Below, in pieces: positions 26,801-33,619 of a stretch of DNA of 33,619 nt (within the stretch, counting starts at the first letter, position 1; every line of letters starts with the position of its first letter). Both the position numbers and the translations under genes were made by a program. This DNA comes from a virus (taxonomy: Duplodnaviria > Caudoviricetes). The stretch covers positions 1 to 33,619 of the IMG/VR virus record IMGVR_UViG_3300017971_000579, one strand, 5' to 3'. The notes under the pieces are model-generated. The model made no database searches, was not told the origin of the DNA, and was given only the letters and a program-made list of their open reading frames with translations.

Positions 26801-27429
26801 AAGACCTTGCTGCCGGTAACGTCACTCCAGACGTGCAGCTGATGGCCTTCCTGATCCTTTCAGACTTCCAGCCTATATCTGTATCTGAAATGCCTGAATT
26901 CTATGCCAGGAGCGGTACAGGGCGACTTTATTACACGCTCAAGACATTCACGTTGAAGCAGCTGGATGTTTTTCGTCGTGAGACAATCGATGAATTTGCG
27001 AAGGGCAACTATAAGGATGGGGTGAAGAATCTTATCATGTTGTCCATGGCCTTCTATATGGCGAATGTTCCGGTCGACTGGTTCAAGGACTGGATGTATG
27101 GCCGGCGTACCGATCTTGATGATGTGGCAATTGATAATCTTTGGAAACTGTCTGGATTCAGCCGGTACTATGTTTATTACATGCGCGAGGAGGGTCCTGT
27201 GGACTTGTTCTATGGTCGTATCCTTGCTCCTGCTATGCCATGGATTGAGAATCCTTTCAGCGACATGAAGATGGCCTATGACAAGTTCACAAAGGGCGAA
27301 GACATGCAATGGGAAGATTTTGAGTCCGTCCGGATGATTCCCGGTATTGGGAAAATGCTTTACTGGTGGACTGGAAAAGGTAAGGTGAAAACTGAAAGAC
27401 GCTTAGAGCGTGAAGAAAATGAGGACTGA
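20824..27429 (+). CDS. Large internal virion/ejection polyvalent protein with two ADP-ribosyltransferase-like domains
   Basis: 2201 aa; GEGVTEASQ ejection-protein motif; AWHGSPHKFDSFD...GTGEGAQAYGWGLYFAE; FKNWFKESKVVD..G.PLVVYHGT...GFYFT...GYDGV...VAFDPSQIKS (ART-PolyVal-like); helical C-terminal domain. Confidence 0.8.
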   Translation: MDANAKYFKDGLESGLSAIPEDSRNTLLMAADASGDRNDYLYKRFNSNYIAHKFGKDREAVFKDYDTYSKTYLPGAGDNAAAHYGAIQAYYREHDGKVVRPQVRVENEVEQEKARIRELPGAMLAGGARSLLMKSGGTAQIVADVQVPLQYDDPELPEIFDKIRAIDPVAFANYNIGMLQRGHVPSGMQMLRPEQRAEAEELMKRGRQIGMRAQQRRREVAAELPATDLADTFRKSAGKIHKVYGVSDATANSFWGQIAMGIGQLAPNALATLAGPAGWGTIFTEAYEEAYSDYVGTLEEGELADPGEAFRYAASYGTVSTALEKTGIDTILKNVFKEGKDLTLREVSKRIAAGGFGEGVTEASQGQAMDMLARMTGVDPERDLWSMDVLRKRMVEFGVGMFTGQAVTAVGVGTGAAVESSRGKQYISNRLGQPLSKEDFALLRKHKTDDQIREALADPATGDILVKAANGDVDAQKMYNAQALVDSDMFVPTINVGNTQFGEVNGNPVMVNPDIGAIPLDMTNPEHAAIFQRAQQLQEEKELVRTDVDEVQARAAYNDFYGAQAQRIMVMPETGEKMATEAIPEPSIAEREGQYVVFGPGEEEIARADTMQEAREAAMDFKVQESQKLGQDLQDFLDYFEFISGIEADVDVEAPMSYRRLIDEGKMSEAAAREWISKTTNFNTTDEIEWALENSIVLGSSISGFKRRAWQDAIKIYKGASYFTVIEEYSEAYLKAAIERDGDLTWEDLQTWKLDYERKTGRIEYGNDNAGLTEWFSNRSIDYVTGRLNQDEAAEIPSGFKRFLVQFQAYMKHIMARATQLMQLRQAGQLDAALERHLERATGLDAQYVEMRLKALEEQEAGPDPTMELTQVIRRMGGIVSPSRAEAMVAGREGTEFAGELREVWEEYGRGRGLAIFRKQGDTLDQMLLRLRDEGFTFDTPSDLIEAMKRSARGDAIYPDYAGVAEDLDTFQAVPKIDEKGQPAPNQTFMTAWHGSPHKFDSFDLQKIGTGEGAQAYGWGLYFAEGRGVAEWYKNQLSRPDTTAFMRELLLTKGRKVASEISWRLSQGESLQSIKDSIEGSLEQAKRWKSEGTNTESNQAFIDGAEIALKHLDLIEEQTGSVYQVNLAADEDEYLLWDESLSEQSEKIKNAFEQLLKTEAAKKADDSLYGSVLERKGQFVDPIGKDIYAIAYEAQTPKEASLLLHSLGIRGIKYLDATSRGFYVRTFVNGELYSETRWDTRNQAEQHARLKREEGFETKIERKGNYNYVIFDHHDVTIEETFQAVTNTEAFKNWFKESKVVDDDGDPLVVYHGTRDMEFEVFDYAKIGQQGRSEGQGFYFTSDPDVAAGYGYRGRVIQAYLSIQKPMELNQKGFDEDTLRDILWRIAELEHEYDPEISIDDGYLSNFGGLEGAVELVSQDEEALEQLGGVVGAGVDPEFVNKAVTEVTGYDGVHVPGGFGNRGGRGGEIWVAFDPSQIKSVDATAFDPNDLRITFQDTFPRNSRVTASEQTGIPNKQLYETDHDWDNYSDLEHDMMEVARDEKSKILGKPVQLTRQQAARTYRAEDSGFRQAISNIISPIASKLRRINLALSQRLRAHDGVVMRRKSEYRRLALPWVKKMEKLPDSVQDELIIALRDDPAEAQRIMKSYRMWEDFQVIKKVLDSLYKAQRDMGDELGYLEDYFPFRVKDYKGLYTEMYGEDAEEATKLETVIAEARAKAHAKGQELDEHERERIISVYLRGYTKGLGAKPGFQKERTMMQLESRFLPYYASPSEALFSYIDRAVDRIEAKKFFGPHAVIDNELKVNAAGEDVVMSRLNEMESVSAMVNDLIAKGQIAPRDVDRVKQLLTGRFRYQSAPKWVQRAKALTYLSLLNDVSATITQVGDIAWALYLDPIGVLPSLARATVGRSKIAVEDLGIERIGQEFENPGKLYKNLDRMFRYIGFSYMDRIGKETLINTGINKLRKRASKGKLRGKDKEILVATFGDKASQVEKDLAAGNVTPDVQLMAFLILSDFQPISVSEMPEFYARSGTGRLYYTLKTFTLKQLDVFRRETIDEFAKGNYKDGVKNLIMLSMAFYMANVPVDWFKDWMYGRRTDLDDVAIDNLWKLSGFSRYYVYYMREEGPVDLFYGRILAPAMPWIENPFSDMKMAYDKFTKGEDMQWEDFESVRMIPGIGKMLYWWTGKGKVKTERRLEREENED

Positions 27430-27432
27430 TAA

Positions 27433-29652
27433 ATGACCGTACAAGCAGATTTTGTTCCTGAGCAGGTCGAGTTACAAACTGGATCCGATATTATCACCGT
27501 CAATAGTCCGATTTTGGATGAGACTCATATTCAGGTATATCGCTCCAGGAGTAACGTAAGGACGTTACTAACGCTTAATAGCCACTATACAGTATCAGGA
27601 GTGGGTAATGAGAATGCATTTACTGTGACGATGGTAGGTCAGGCTGTAGGTGATATTATTACTGTTTATCGTAATATGCCATTCACCCAGCTTCAGGATA
27701 TTCAGAATGGCACTCCTCGTAGCGGTCCACTTGCTGAAAAGGGATTGGATGAGCGAAACATGGAAGGCCAACAGTTGAAGGAGAATTATCAGCGAGCTTT
27801 AAGGCTACCGTTTGGGGAGGATCCTGGAAATTCTGGAGAACTACCTAGTCCCGATGATAGGCGTGGTAAAATTCTTATTTTCGATGACACTGATGCAGCT
27901 TTACCGTCTGTTGTAAATCAGGGAACATCTACTGGAATTACTGGAGCAGCAAGGCAGTATGGAATTGTTTCAGCTATGACTTCAGACACTTCAATTGTGT
28001 CTGTTGCTACTGGCCAGGCAATTTTACTTAGGGGATATTATGCTGATGGTGATTTTGGTCAGGCAATTACTCTTATTGTTGAGGCTGGGGCTTCTGGCTT
28101 GAATTCATTTTTGTTAAATGATGGCCGTTATGCGAACTTGTATGTAGATGGTTATATTCGTCCTGAATGGTTTGGTGCTAAGGGGGATGGGGTAACTGAT
28201 GATATTGCCGCATTCAATTCAGCGTTGAGTTATCTGGGTTCTCAAACTACTGGAGGGACTGTGCTGCTAAGAGCAGGTAAAATCTATGCCGTCAGTCAGG
28301 CCATCGTTTATACGAATCATTATCAGACGATAACTGGCGAGGGTGGACTTGCCAGAATTATATCGACATCTACCGATGACGCTGTTCGTTGTGAATCATG
28401 GTTTCGTTGTGCATTGCGCTCGGTGGACATCCGATCATCTACATGTAAGACGCTTATTAGGGTTGGCGAGGGTGACACATGGTATTTCAGCGGTAGAGAC
28501 ATCTATCTGGAGGGAAATGGAAGCGTCATTCAGGGTGTGTGCCTTTGGAATGATACGGCTGGTGATGTTCGTGATTATTTTCACGAATGGCATCGCGTAC
28601 AGGTTCGCAATTGTGATTATGCTTTTGCAATTGGTGTGGACTTTTCAACAGGATCCTATGTGGCTGCTGGCGAACAGGTTAATCGTATTAAACTGCTCGA
28701 TTGTGATGTCTACGGTGCTTCTGAATATGCAGTTGTTTTAGGCAATGGAAATGGACACTATATTCATGGTATTCACTTCACCAATGCGGTTGCAGGGTGT
28801 AAGGCAGATTTCTATATATCAAATACTAATTGGAACCACATTACCTCTCAACATGAGTCTGGTGCTGACCATGCGATTCACTTTGAAAGTGCATTCCCTC
28901 TTGGGATGAATATTCAGCCGTTTATATTTTTGACTTATGCTGTTGGTCCTATTGCGACTGGAGCCTTTGGTTCTCCTGTTGCGGTGACCAATCAACTCAC
29001 AAGCCTGTTCAGTTTGGCGGTGGATCAGACTAATGCCTATGGGACCGTTTTGAGAGCGAAGAATGTTGTTACTGAGGCACTGCGCGGAATGACAGCCAGG
29101 GAGCTTGCTATAATTGGTGACGACACTGATGAAATCAGCATGAAGTTTGCTGATAACTCGGTGGCCTTTCCTACACTTGGAAGCCAAGTATTTCAAATGC
29201 TTCCGAATGGAAATATGAACCTTTTGGAGCACCCTGCCTACGAGCGAACATTTGCTGCAAATATTACCCTTACTTCATTTACTGAAACCGACATTGATTG
29301 GGATACATTGATTAATGAGCGTGGATCAAACACTTATGCTACTCCCTCAATGTCGTTGACTCCTGGACGGTGGCTGATTTCGCTTACCCTGGAACTTCCA
29401 AATGTTGCCGGTAATGACGGAGATCCAATTTGGGTGCAGATTGTGAACCAATTTACAGGAAGGCGAATTGCTGCCGGTAATTTTGCTCAGTCCACCCAAC
29501 CGGGAGACTGGTACATTAATTTGAGCGCACTAACTTATGTTTCAAACTTGAATGAGATTTATAAGGTTCGTGTTCGATCTGCTGGATCTAGTTCAACGAT
29601 TATAAATGGCGGGGCAACACATTCATTTATTTCAGCCATGAGGCTACCGTAA
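27433..29652 (+). CDS. Tailspike/tail fibre (T7 gp17-like N-terminal anchor plus beta-helix depolymerase-like body)
   Basis: N-terminal Y.VSG...ITVYR..P.TQ...E..LD...QQL; PEWFGAKGDGVTDD.AAF start of a pectate-lyase-like beta-helix. Confidence 0.85.
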   Translation: MTVQADFVPEQVELQTGSDIITVNSPILDETHIQVYRSRSNVRTLLTLNSHYTVSGVGNENAFTVTMVGQAVGDIITVYRNMPFTQLQDIQNGTPRSGPLAEKGLDERNMEGQQLKENYQRALRLPFGEDPGNSGELPSPDDRRGKILIFDDTDAALPSVVNQGTSTGITGAARQYGIVSAMTSDTSIVSVATGQAILLRGYYADGDFGQAITLIVEAGASGLNSFLLNDGRYANLYVDGYIRPEWFGAKGDGVTDDIAAFNSALSYLGSQTTGGTVLLRAGKIYAVSQAIVYTNHYQTITGEGGLARIISTSTDDAVRCESWFRCALRSVDIRSSTCKTLIRVGEGDTWYFSGRDIYLEGNGSVIQGVCLWNDTAGDVRDYFHEWHRVQVRNCDYAFAIGVDFSTGSYVAAGEQVNRIKLLDCDVYGASEYAVVLGNGNGHYIHGIHFTNAVAGCKADFYISNTNWNHITSQHESGADHAIHFESAFPLGMNIQPFIFLTYAVGPIATGAFGSPVAVTNQLTSLFSLAVDQTNAYGTVLRAKNVVTEALRGMTARELAIIGDDTDEISMKFADNSVAFPTLGSQVFQMLPNGNMNLLEHPAYERTFAANITLTSFTETDIDWDTLINERGSNTYATPSMSLTPGRWLISLTLELPNVAGNDGDPIWVQIVNQFTGRRIAAGNFAQSTQPGDWYINLSALTYVSNLNEIYKVRVRSAGSSSTIINGGATHSFISAMRLP

Positions 29653-29711
29653 TGAGCATCAAAAGAGAAATTATTTCTCAGCTAAATTGTTAATATAGAT
29701 AGGAGATAACT

Positions 29712-29981
29712 ATGATTATAACTGCAAACGGAACTCGGATAGTAAGGCCTTCACCTGGTAGGACATACAGCTTTGAGGCTCTAAACATGCCAAGCGGGGC
29801 AAGCGTGGCTATTAAGGCCGCGAATGGTGGAGTAGCTGGCCAAATCTATGATACGCTAAGCTCTGCTGATAGTGTTGTGGTTGGTCCAGTGGCCGTGAAC
29901 GAGATTCACGTAGTTACCACTGGATTAAGTTCTGGCGAAAGCATCACACTGGCATTCAGCAAAACTAAGGAAGAATCCTGA
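29712..29981 (+). CDS. Hypothetical small beta-rich protein
   Basis: AGGAG RBS, 89 aa. Confidence 0.65.
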   Translation: MIITANGTRIVRPSPGRTYSFEALNMPSGASVAIKAANGGVAGQIYDTLSSADSVVVGPVAVNEIHVVTTGLSSGESITLAFSKTKEES

Positions 29982-30118
29982 TGAGTAATCCATTACCTGC
30001 TTTTAAAGGCTTATTCTGGGGAAAAGGGCTCAAGGGAAAAGCCGGAACCATTATTCTGGTATTGATAGCTGTAGCGGCGTATCTGTACCACTTTCACGGG
30101 ATTGGGCTGGGGGCCTAA
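29981..30118 (+). CDS. 45-aa single-TM membrane protein (holin/antiholin candidate), absent from the ORF track
   Basis: TGATG coupling; MSNPLPAFKGLFWGKGLKGKAGTIILVLIAVAAYLYHFHGIGLGA. Confidence 0.6.
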   Translation: MSNPLPAFKGLFWGKGLKGKAGTIILVLIAVAAYLYHFHGIGLGA

Positions 30119-30121
30119 CCA

Positions 30122-30763
30122 ATGAAAGAAAAACTGCTGGCATTACTGAATAAGCGTGTCACATGGACATTTAAGGTATGGCAGTGGGGTCTTATTGCCA
30201 TTGCTGTTGCCTTGGCTGCTCTGATGTCCGGATGCGTTACCGATCACCAGAAGGGGGGAGGAGCTACTACTGAGGTAGAAGCAGGGTCGACTAAAATGTA
30301 TCCTCCTACCAGGCCAGCTGCTAAACCTCCTGAGAATGTGAAGATTGAGCAGGTCGAGCCAGGTGCTCCTCCTGTTATTCATCAGACAATTACCCAGCCT
30401 GAGAATCCGGAAGGCAGCTCCTCGATGTCCAGCAAGCAAACGACTACTACAATTCATCCGGATGGTACAGTGGTGGTCAACAATACTGAGACGGAAACTG
30501 AGATAGGTGGATCTCAGGACTATGCTGCAATACTTAAGGAGTACGGAAAAACGGATTACTTCAAAAGCATGATATTTTCAATATGCTTGTTTGCTGGAGC
30601 GTGGTTGTCTTGGAGAAGGGAATGGCCTCTTGTTGCTGCGTGTCTGGCTGCTGGTGCTATTGCCAGCCTGTTTGTGGCGTGGTGGGCAGGGGCTCTATCG
30701 GTTTTAATCTGTTGTGGTCTATATATCGGTTACAAGGTTGCACTACCAATTCAACCTTCTTAG
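30122..30763 (+). CDS. Putative lipoprotein with C-terminal TM helices (unimolecular-spanin-like)
   Basis: Hydrophobic signal ending LMSG-C38, Pro/Thr-rich middle and 2-3 hydrophobic C-terminal segments. Confidence 0.5.
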   Translation: MKEKLLALLNKRVTWTFKVWQWGLIAIAVALAALMSGCVTDHQKGGGATTEVEAGSTKMYPPTRPAAKPPENVKIEQVEPGAPPVIHQTITQPENPEGSSSMSSKQTTTTIHPDGTVVVNNTETETEIGGSQDYAAILKEYGKTDYFKSMIFSICLFAGAWLSWRREWPLVAACLAAGAIASLFVAWWAGALSVLICCGLYIGYKVALPIQPS

Positions 30764-30768
30764 GAAAA

Positions 30769-31140
30769 ATGGAAGAACATCTGTTTCAAATACTACTCGC
30801 AATAATGATAATCCTTCTGGGTGCGGTGGGAACGCTGTTCATGGTCGGCTGGAAGACAATCGGCAAGCGTAACGACGAGCAACTGGAATGGATGCGGGAT
30901 ATGTCAGGAAAACTTGAGGAACAGGGCTTAATGCTCAGGGAAATCAATGTACGAGTGGAAGGACTAGACGACATCAAGCGAAAGCAGGAGCACGATCACA
31001 AGGCCATTCGTGACCTCGATAAACTTACCGAACAGCTGAAGATTCGTGTTAATAATCTTGAGGACTCAATTGAGAACATTAAATCGTTCTGCATCCAGGA
31101 ACACGGGAACAGGATCGATCCTACTGCGAAGAGGCCGTAA
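30769..31140 (+). CDS. N-terminal TM plus coiled-coil protein (lysis-region, holin-like)
   Basis: ATG 30769 after AGGA; MEEHLFQILLAIMIILLGAVGTLFMVGW followed by heptad repeats. Confidence 0.6.
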   Translation: MEEHLFQILLAIMIILLGAVGTLFMVGWKTIGKRNDEQLEWMRDMSGKLEEQGLMLREINVRVEGLDDIKRKQEHDHKAIRDLDKLTEQLKIRVNNLEDSIENIKSFCIQEHGNRIDPTAKRP

Positions 31141-31315
31141 CGTGTAATGGCTTCAGTGCCTTCTCAATTCGCTCAAGTTCGTCCTGGGTGAATTCGCTAC
31201 CCCTATATACTTTCTGCATGATGCGGATGTAGCTAAGTCCGGCATCTTCGCATATCAGTGCCATGTTTAGCTTCTTCCGAACGGCAATAAGGCCTTCCTG
31301 TGTTAATTGAGCCAT
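31121..31315 (-). CDS. Small HTH-like (Cro/Xre-like) DNA-binding protein
   Basis: 64 aa; LICEDAGLSY..I...RG.EFTQDELERIEKAL pattern. Confidence 0.55.
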   Translation of the reverse strand: MAQLTQEGLIAVRKKLNMALICEDAGLSYIRIMQKVYRGSEFTQDELERIEKALKPLHVTASSQ

Positions 31316-31323
31316 CGAGAATA

Positions 31324-31352
31324 TTTGTGTACAGTTCTACGGGTATGTCAAT
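31324..31352 (-). promoter_or_regulatory. Putative promoter for the HTH gene (near-leaderless transcript)
   Basis: Minus-strand TTGACA, 17 nt, weak -10 ACAAAT, then ATG about 7 nt later with no SD. Confidence 0.35.
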
Positions 31353-31358
31353 TAAGAT

Positions 31359-31490
31359 TTACTTACAGGCATCAGTGTGTCTATTGTTCATGGTTGCGTG
31401 GTCGGTGATGAACTCTTCAATTAGCTCAAACCAATCCCCATTCGCAATCTGCACCCAATCCCCCTGTTTAATTTCGTCCGTGTTAATCAT
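31359..31490 (-). CDS. 43-aa hypothetical protein, absent from the ORF track (MINTDEIKQGDWVQIANGDW...)
   Basis: AGGAGG RBS and ATGA overlap with the upstream gene. Confidence 0.5.
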   Translation of the reverse strand: MINTDEIKQGDWVQIANGDWFELIEEFITDHATMNNRHTDACK

Positions 31491-31711
31491 TGGTTGGCCT
31501 CCTGTACTGCTTCGATAATCGCCTCGTCTTCGCTTAAATTCTTGTCGTTAAAATAAATCCCTGAACAGGTTATTCCGATGCCTACACTTAGGTATTCATA
31601 TTCATAAACGAACCTATCGTCATAATCTACTCGCCTGAGATTAACCAGCATTGCCGGATTACCGTCTTTCCTGATCTCAACTGTTACGTGATTTGCTTTG
31701 CTTTTTTCCAT
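31487..31711 (-). CDS. Hypothetical protein
   Basis: 74 aa, GAGG RBS, tightly packed in the minus-strand operon. Confidence 0.6.
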   Translation of the reverse strand: MEKSKANHVTVEIRKDGNPAMLVNLRRVDYDDRFVYEYEYLSVGIGITCSGIYFNDKNLSEDEAIIEAVQEANQ

Positions 31712-31712
31712 C

Positions 31713-31904
31713 TCAATCCTCTCTGTTTTTAGTAATTGCTGTTGCTATGATATACGGTGCAAAGATCATTAATACCACTACTGCAACTGGCCAGAATATG
31801 CCAACGGCAAAACCTATCCCGATGTCATCATCACCCACGGTCACTTGCCACAAGTACACAGCAAGGATAGCGATTACCCAATATAAGATGATGCACGTAA
31901 TCAT
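31713..31904 (-). CDS. Small two-TM membrane protein
   Basis: Two hydrophobic segments with a FWP motif; AGGGG RBS. Confidence 0.6.
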   Translation of the reverse strand: MITCIILYWVIAILAVYLWQVTVGDDDIGIGFAVGIFWPVAVVVLMIFAPYIIATAITKNRED

Positions 31905-31949
31905 TCCCCTTCCTCACTTTCTGCCAGCAAATTTTATAGAAGGAAAACT

Positions 31950-32447
31950 TCAAAGAATTTCGAGAAAATATCCCCATTTATTTTGCTTACTCAGGCGGGC
32001 TTTCGCCTGGTCTCCGTATGCTATCAGAACGGATGGACCTCCGCTATTGTGGCCTTTGGGGGATGGGGATCCGTCCGGCTTAAAAAATGACACTCTCCCG
32101 CGAAGAAATAGAAGAGCGGATGCATGCGGCCAAACGTTATCAAAGAATGCTCTTGTCTCTGTCCTGGCAAACGTCAGCGCGATTCCATTATTGTGAAGGG
32201 CCATGCGCTCGAGCCAGATCGGTAATTCCCTACCGTATGGTGGATTGCACCACACGAATCCTTTCCAGATATCCAGGAGGCCATTGTCCTTCTCGGTTAT
32301 CATCCTGGTGGCGGTTCTCCATGGCTGGGGCTCTGCCGCACACGGATCCAGATCAAAAGGGCCGAGGCCGTCTACTATCCACTTTGGTGTAATCCATGCA
32401 TCACTGCTCTTTTTGGATCTCCGGTGTGGTGGTGGGGCTATGCTCAT
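31950..32447 (-). CDS. Phage DNA N6-adenine methyltransferase (phage Dam family)
   Basis: W.TP, FDLDPCA, VWCNPPYG catalytic motif, ARTET and FLRGR..F. Confidence 0.9.
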   Translation of the reverse strand: MSIAPPPHRRSKKSSDAWITPKWIVDGLGPFDLDPCAAEPQPWRTATRMITEKDNGLLDIWKGFVWCNPPYGRELPIWLERMALHNNGIALTFARTETRAFFDNVWPHASALLFLRGRVSFFKPDGSPSPKGHNSGGPSVLIAYGDQAKARLSKQNKWGYFLEIL

Positions 32448-32728
32448 TTCTCTCTTGTTGCCATGTGATAAACCACAGCCAGGAGTTCATTCGGGCTTTC
32501 TCCGGCATCACTCAAAATCCGAGCCAGTTTTAAACCAGCTTCAATTTCGTTTACCTCTCTGAGCACCGACTCATGGGATGCTTTGAGGTTTGCAACCTCT
32601 TGCTGGCTGGCGGCGAGTTGCTGCTCCAGTTTATCTACCACTTCTTTTTTAATAAGCAGTAACATACCTTCAACACTCTGTGCATCCTTATGGTTGCGCC
32701 AATACGTGATAAATTCAGCGTCACTCAT
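32444..32728 (-). CDS. Coiled-coil hypothetical protein
   Basis: 94 aa, overlapping both neighbours at stop/start junctions. Confidence 0.6.
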   Translation of the reverse strand: MSDAEFITYWRNHKDAQSVEGMLLLIKKEVVDKLEQQLAASQQEVANLKASHESVLREVNEIEAGLKLARILSDAGESPNELLAVVYHMATREK

Positions 32729-33074
32729 CGTCCTGTCCTTTCAGTGCTCGGCACATTTGGGCCAAATATTCCTTATCAAGAGCAACATCTAAACCTGAGT
32801 GCTCATCATGTGCTATTGATTCCTTGGCGAAATCAATGCCTAGCTCAAGGGCCTCCCGCGCCTCGGCCAGTTCGCGCATGTGTCGCTTGACGGTGCCGAC
32901 AATGCAGGAGTCGTCCGGGTCAAATTCAATGGCGTCCCAGATCTGGTCGAGTTGGTGTTGTCTGAAATTGGAGAACTTCCGCGCCTCGGCCAGTTGCTTT
33001 CGCAATGACTCATTTTCAGATTCAAGTGCGGATAGATCAAACCCACTAATGGTTACGTCATGTGACCTACTCAT
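32721..33074 (-). CDS. Coiled-coil hypothetical protein (Ead/Ea22-like architecture)
   Basis: 117 aa with a repeated LAEAR segment; coupled to both neighbours. Confidence 0.6.
   Translation of the reverse strand: MSRSHDVTISGFDLSALESENESLRKQLAEARKFSNFRQHQLDQIWDAIEFDPDDSCIVGTVKRHMRELAEAREALELGIDFAKESIAHDEHSGLDVALDKEYLAQMCRALKGQDDE
32723..32742. repeat. 20-bp direct repeat, copy 1 (ACTCATCGTCCTGTCCTTTC)
   Basis: Identical to 33069-33088; spans the RBS, start and stop-proximal codons of a gene junction. Confidence 0.85.
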
Positions 33075-33618
33075 CGTCCTGTCCTTTCTCGTCCATCATC
33101 TCAGCCATTCTTGACTCACAGAAATCAGCGGCGATTGTGCGGCTTGCTTTGTATTTCTCTTTGCCATCGGAAATGTACTTTCTGAGATCATCCAGTGTTC
33201 CGCTAAAGCAACCACAAAAATATCGGACCTCATCAGCAATCAGGACGGCTAACAGTTTTCTGCCACATTCGCCATGATCGCTCCATGAAACCTCCACACG
33301 CTTTATGCTTGTGACGTTTTGGAGATCGGCCCCACGGAAATTAGCCCCACGGAGCTTGGTCCAACAGAGATCGGCCCCACGGAGCTTGGTCCAACTGAGA
33401 TCGGCCTCTCTGAGATCGGCCTCTCTGAGATTGGCCTCACAGAAATCGGCCTCACTGAAATCGGCCCCACGGAGCTTGGCCCAACCGAGATCGGCTCCAC
33501 GAAGATCGGCCTCACGGAGATCGGCCTCACGGAGATCGGCCCAACCGAGATCGGCCCCACGGAGATCGTCCCAACGGAGATCGGCCCGTTTGCCACCTTG
33601 TCCATTTAGCCACTTCTT
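33067..33618 (-). CDS. Pentapeptide-repeat protein, 5' end outside the window
   Basis: The frame is open from the window edge (KKWLNGQGGKR-ADLRW-DDLRG-ADLGW-ADLRE...) through 18 A(D/N/K)Lxx-type units and continues in frame into the 33067-33297 ORF (CGCFSGTLDDL domain). Confidence 0.9.
   Translation of the reverse strand, partial: KKWLNGQGGKRADLRWDDLRGADLGWADLREADLREADLRGADLGWAKLRGADFSEADFCEANLREADLREADLSWTKLRGADLCWTKLRGANFRGADLQNVTSIKRVEVSWSDHGECGRKLLAVLIADEVRYFCGCFSGTLDDLRKYISDGKEKYKASRTIAADFCESRMAEMMDEKGQDDE
33069..33088. repeat. 20-bp direct repeat, copy 2
   Basis: Identical to 32723-32742. Confidence 0.85.
33316..33585 (-). repeat. 15-bp-period coding tandem repeat (18 pentapeptide units)
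   Basis: GCCGATCTCCGTGRG-like units on the minus strand. Confidence 0.9.
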
Positions 33619-33619
33619 A

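Noticed and set aside
27433-29711. Diversity-generating retroelement acting on the tailspike, as in BPP-1
   Set aside because: No reverse transcriptase and no TR/VR repeat pair were noticed in the window.
30583-30768. 5' extension of the 30583..31140 ORF
   Set aside because: Overlaps the lipoprotein gene; ATG 30769 has an RBS and begins a clean TM segment.
31693-33277. Several + strand ORFs (e.g. 31693..32196, 32203..32562, 32824..33114)
   Set aside because: Antisense to a tightly coupled minus-strand operon that includes the methyltransferase.
33303-33609. ORF-track proteins with ISVGP and EIGPT repeats; also considered as a CRISPR array
   Set aside because: These are alternative frames of the pentapeptide repeat. 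The 15-bp units are contiguous with no spacers, so this is not CRISPR.

Overview
A 33.6-kb segment of a tailed dsDNA phage or prophage with a podovirus-type (T7/BPP-1-like) morphogenesis module. The + strand (~1-31140) carries, in order: two glycosyltransferase-like genes; a non-canonical tRNA(CAU)-like gene with its own putative promoter and terminator; accessory virion proteins; terminase small and large subunits; a fibre/LamG cassette; portal; scaffold; major capsid protein (preceded by a terminator, a -35 box and a structured ~95-nt leader); cement protein; tail tubular proteins A and B; a cupin; three internal/ejection proteins (the largest is 2201 aa with two tandem ADP-ribosyltransferase-like modules); a tailspike; and a membrane/lysis cluster with no recognisable endolysin. 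The - strand (~31121-33619) is the end of a convergent operon of small genes: an HTH-like protein, a phage Dam-family adenine methyltransferase and a pentapeptide-repeat protein cut off by the window edge. The most unusual items are the compact tRNA-Pyl-like tRNA(CAU), the multi-stem RNA leader of the capsid gene, and the double-ART ejection protein. All calls come from motif recognition and gene order by eye; no database searches or folding programs were run.
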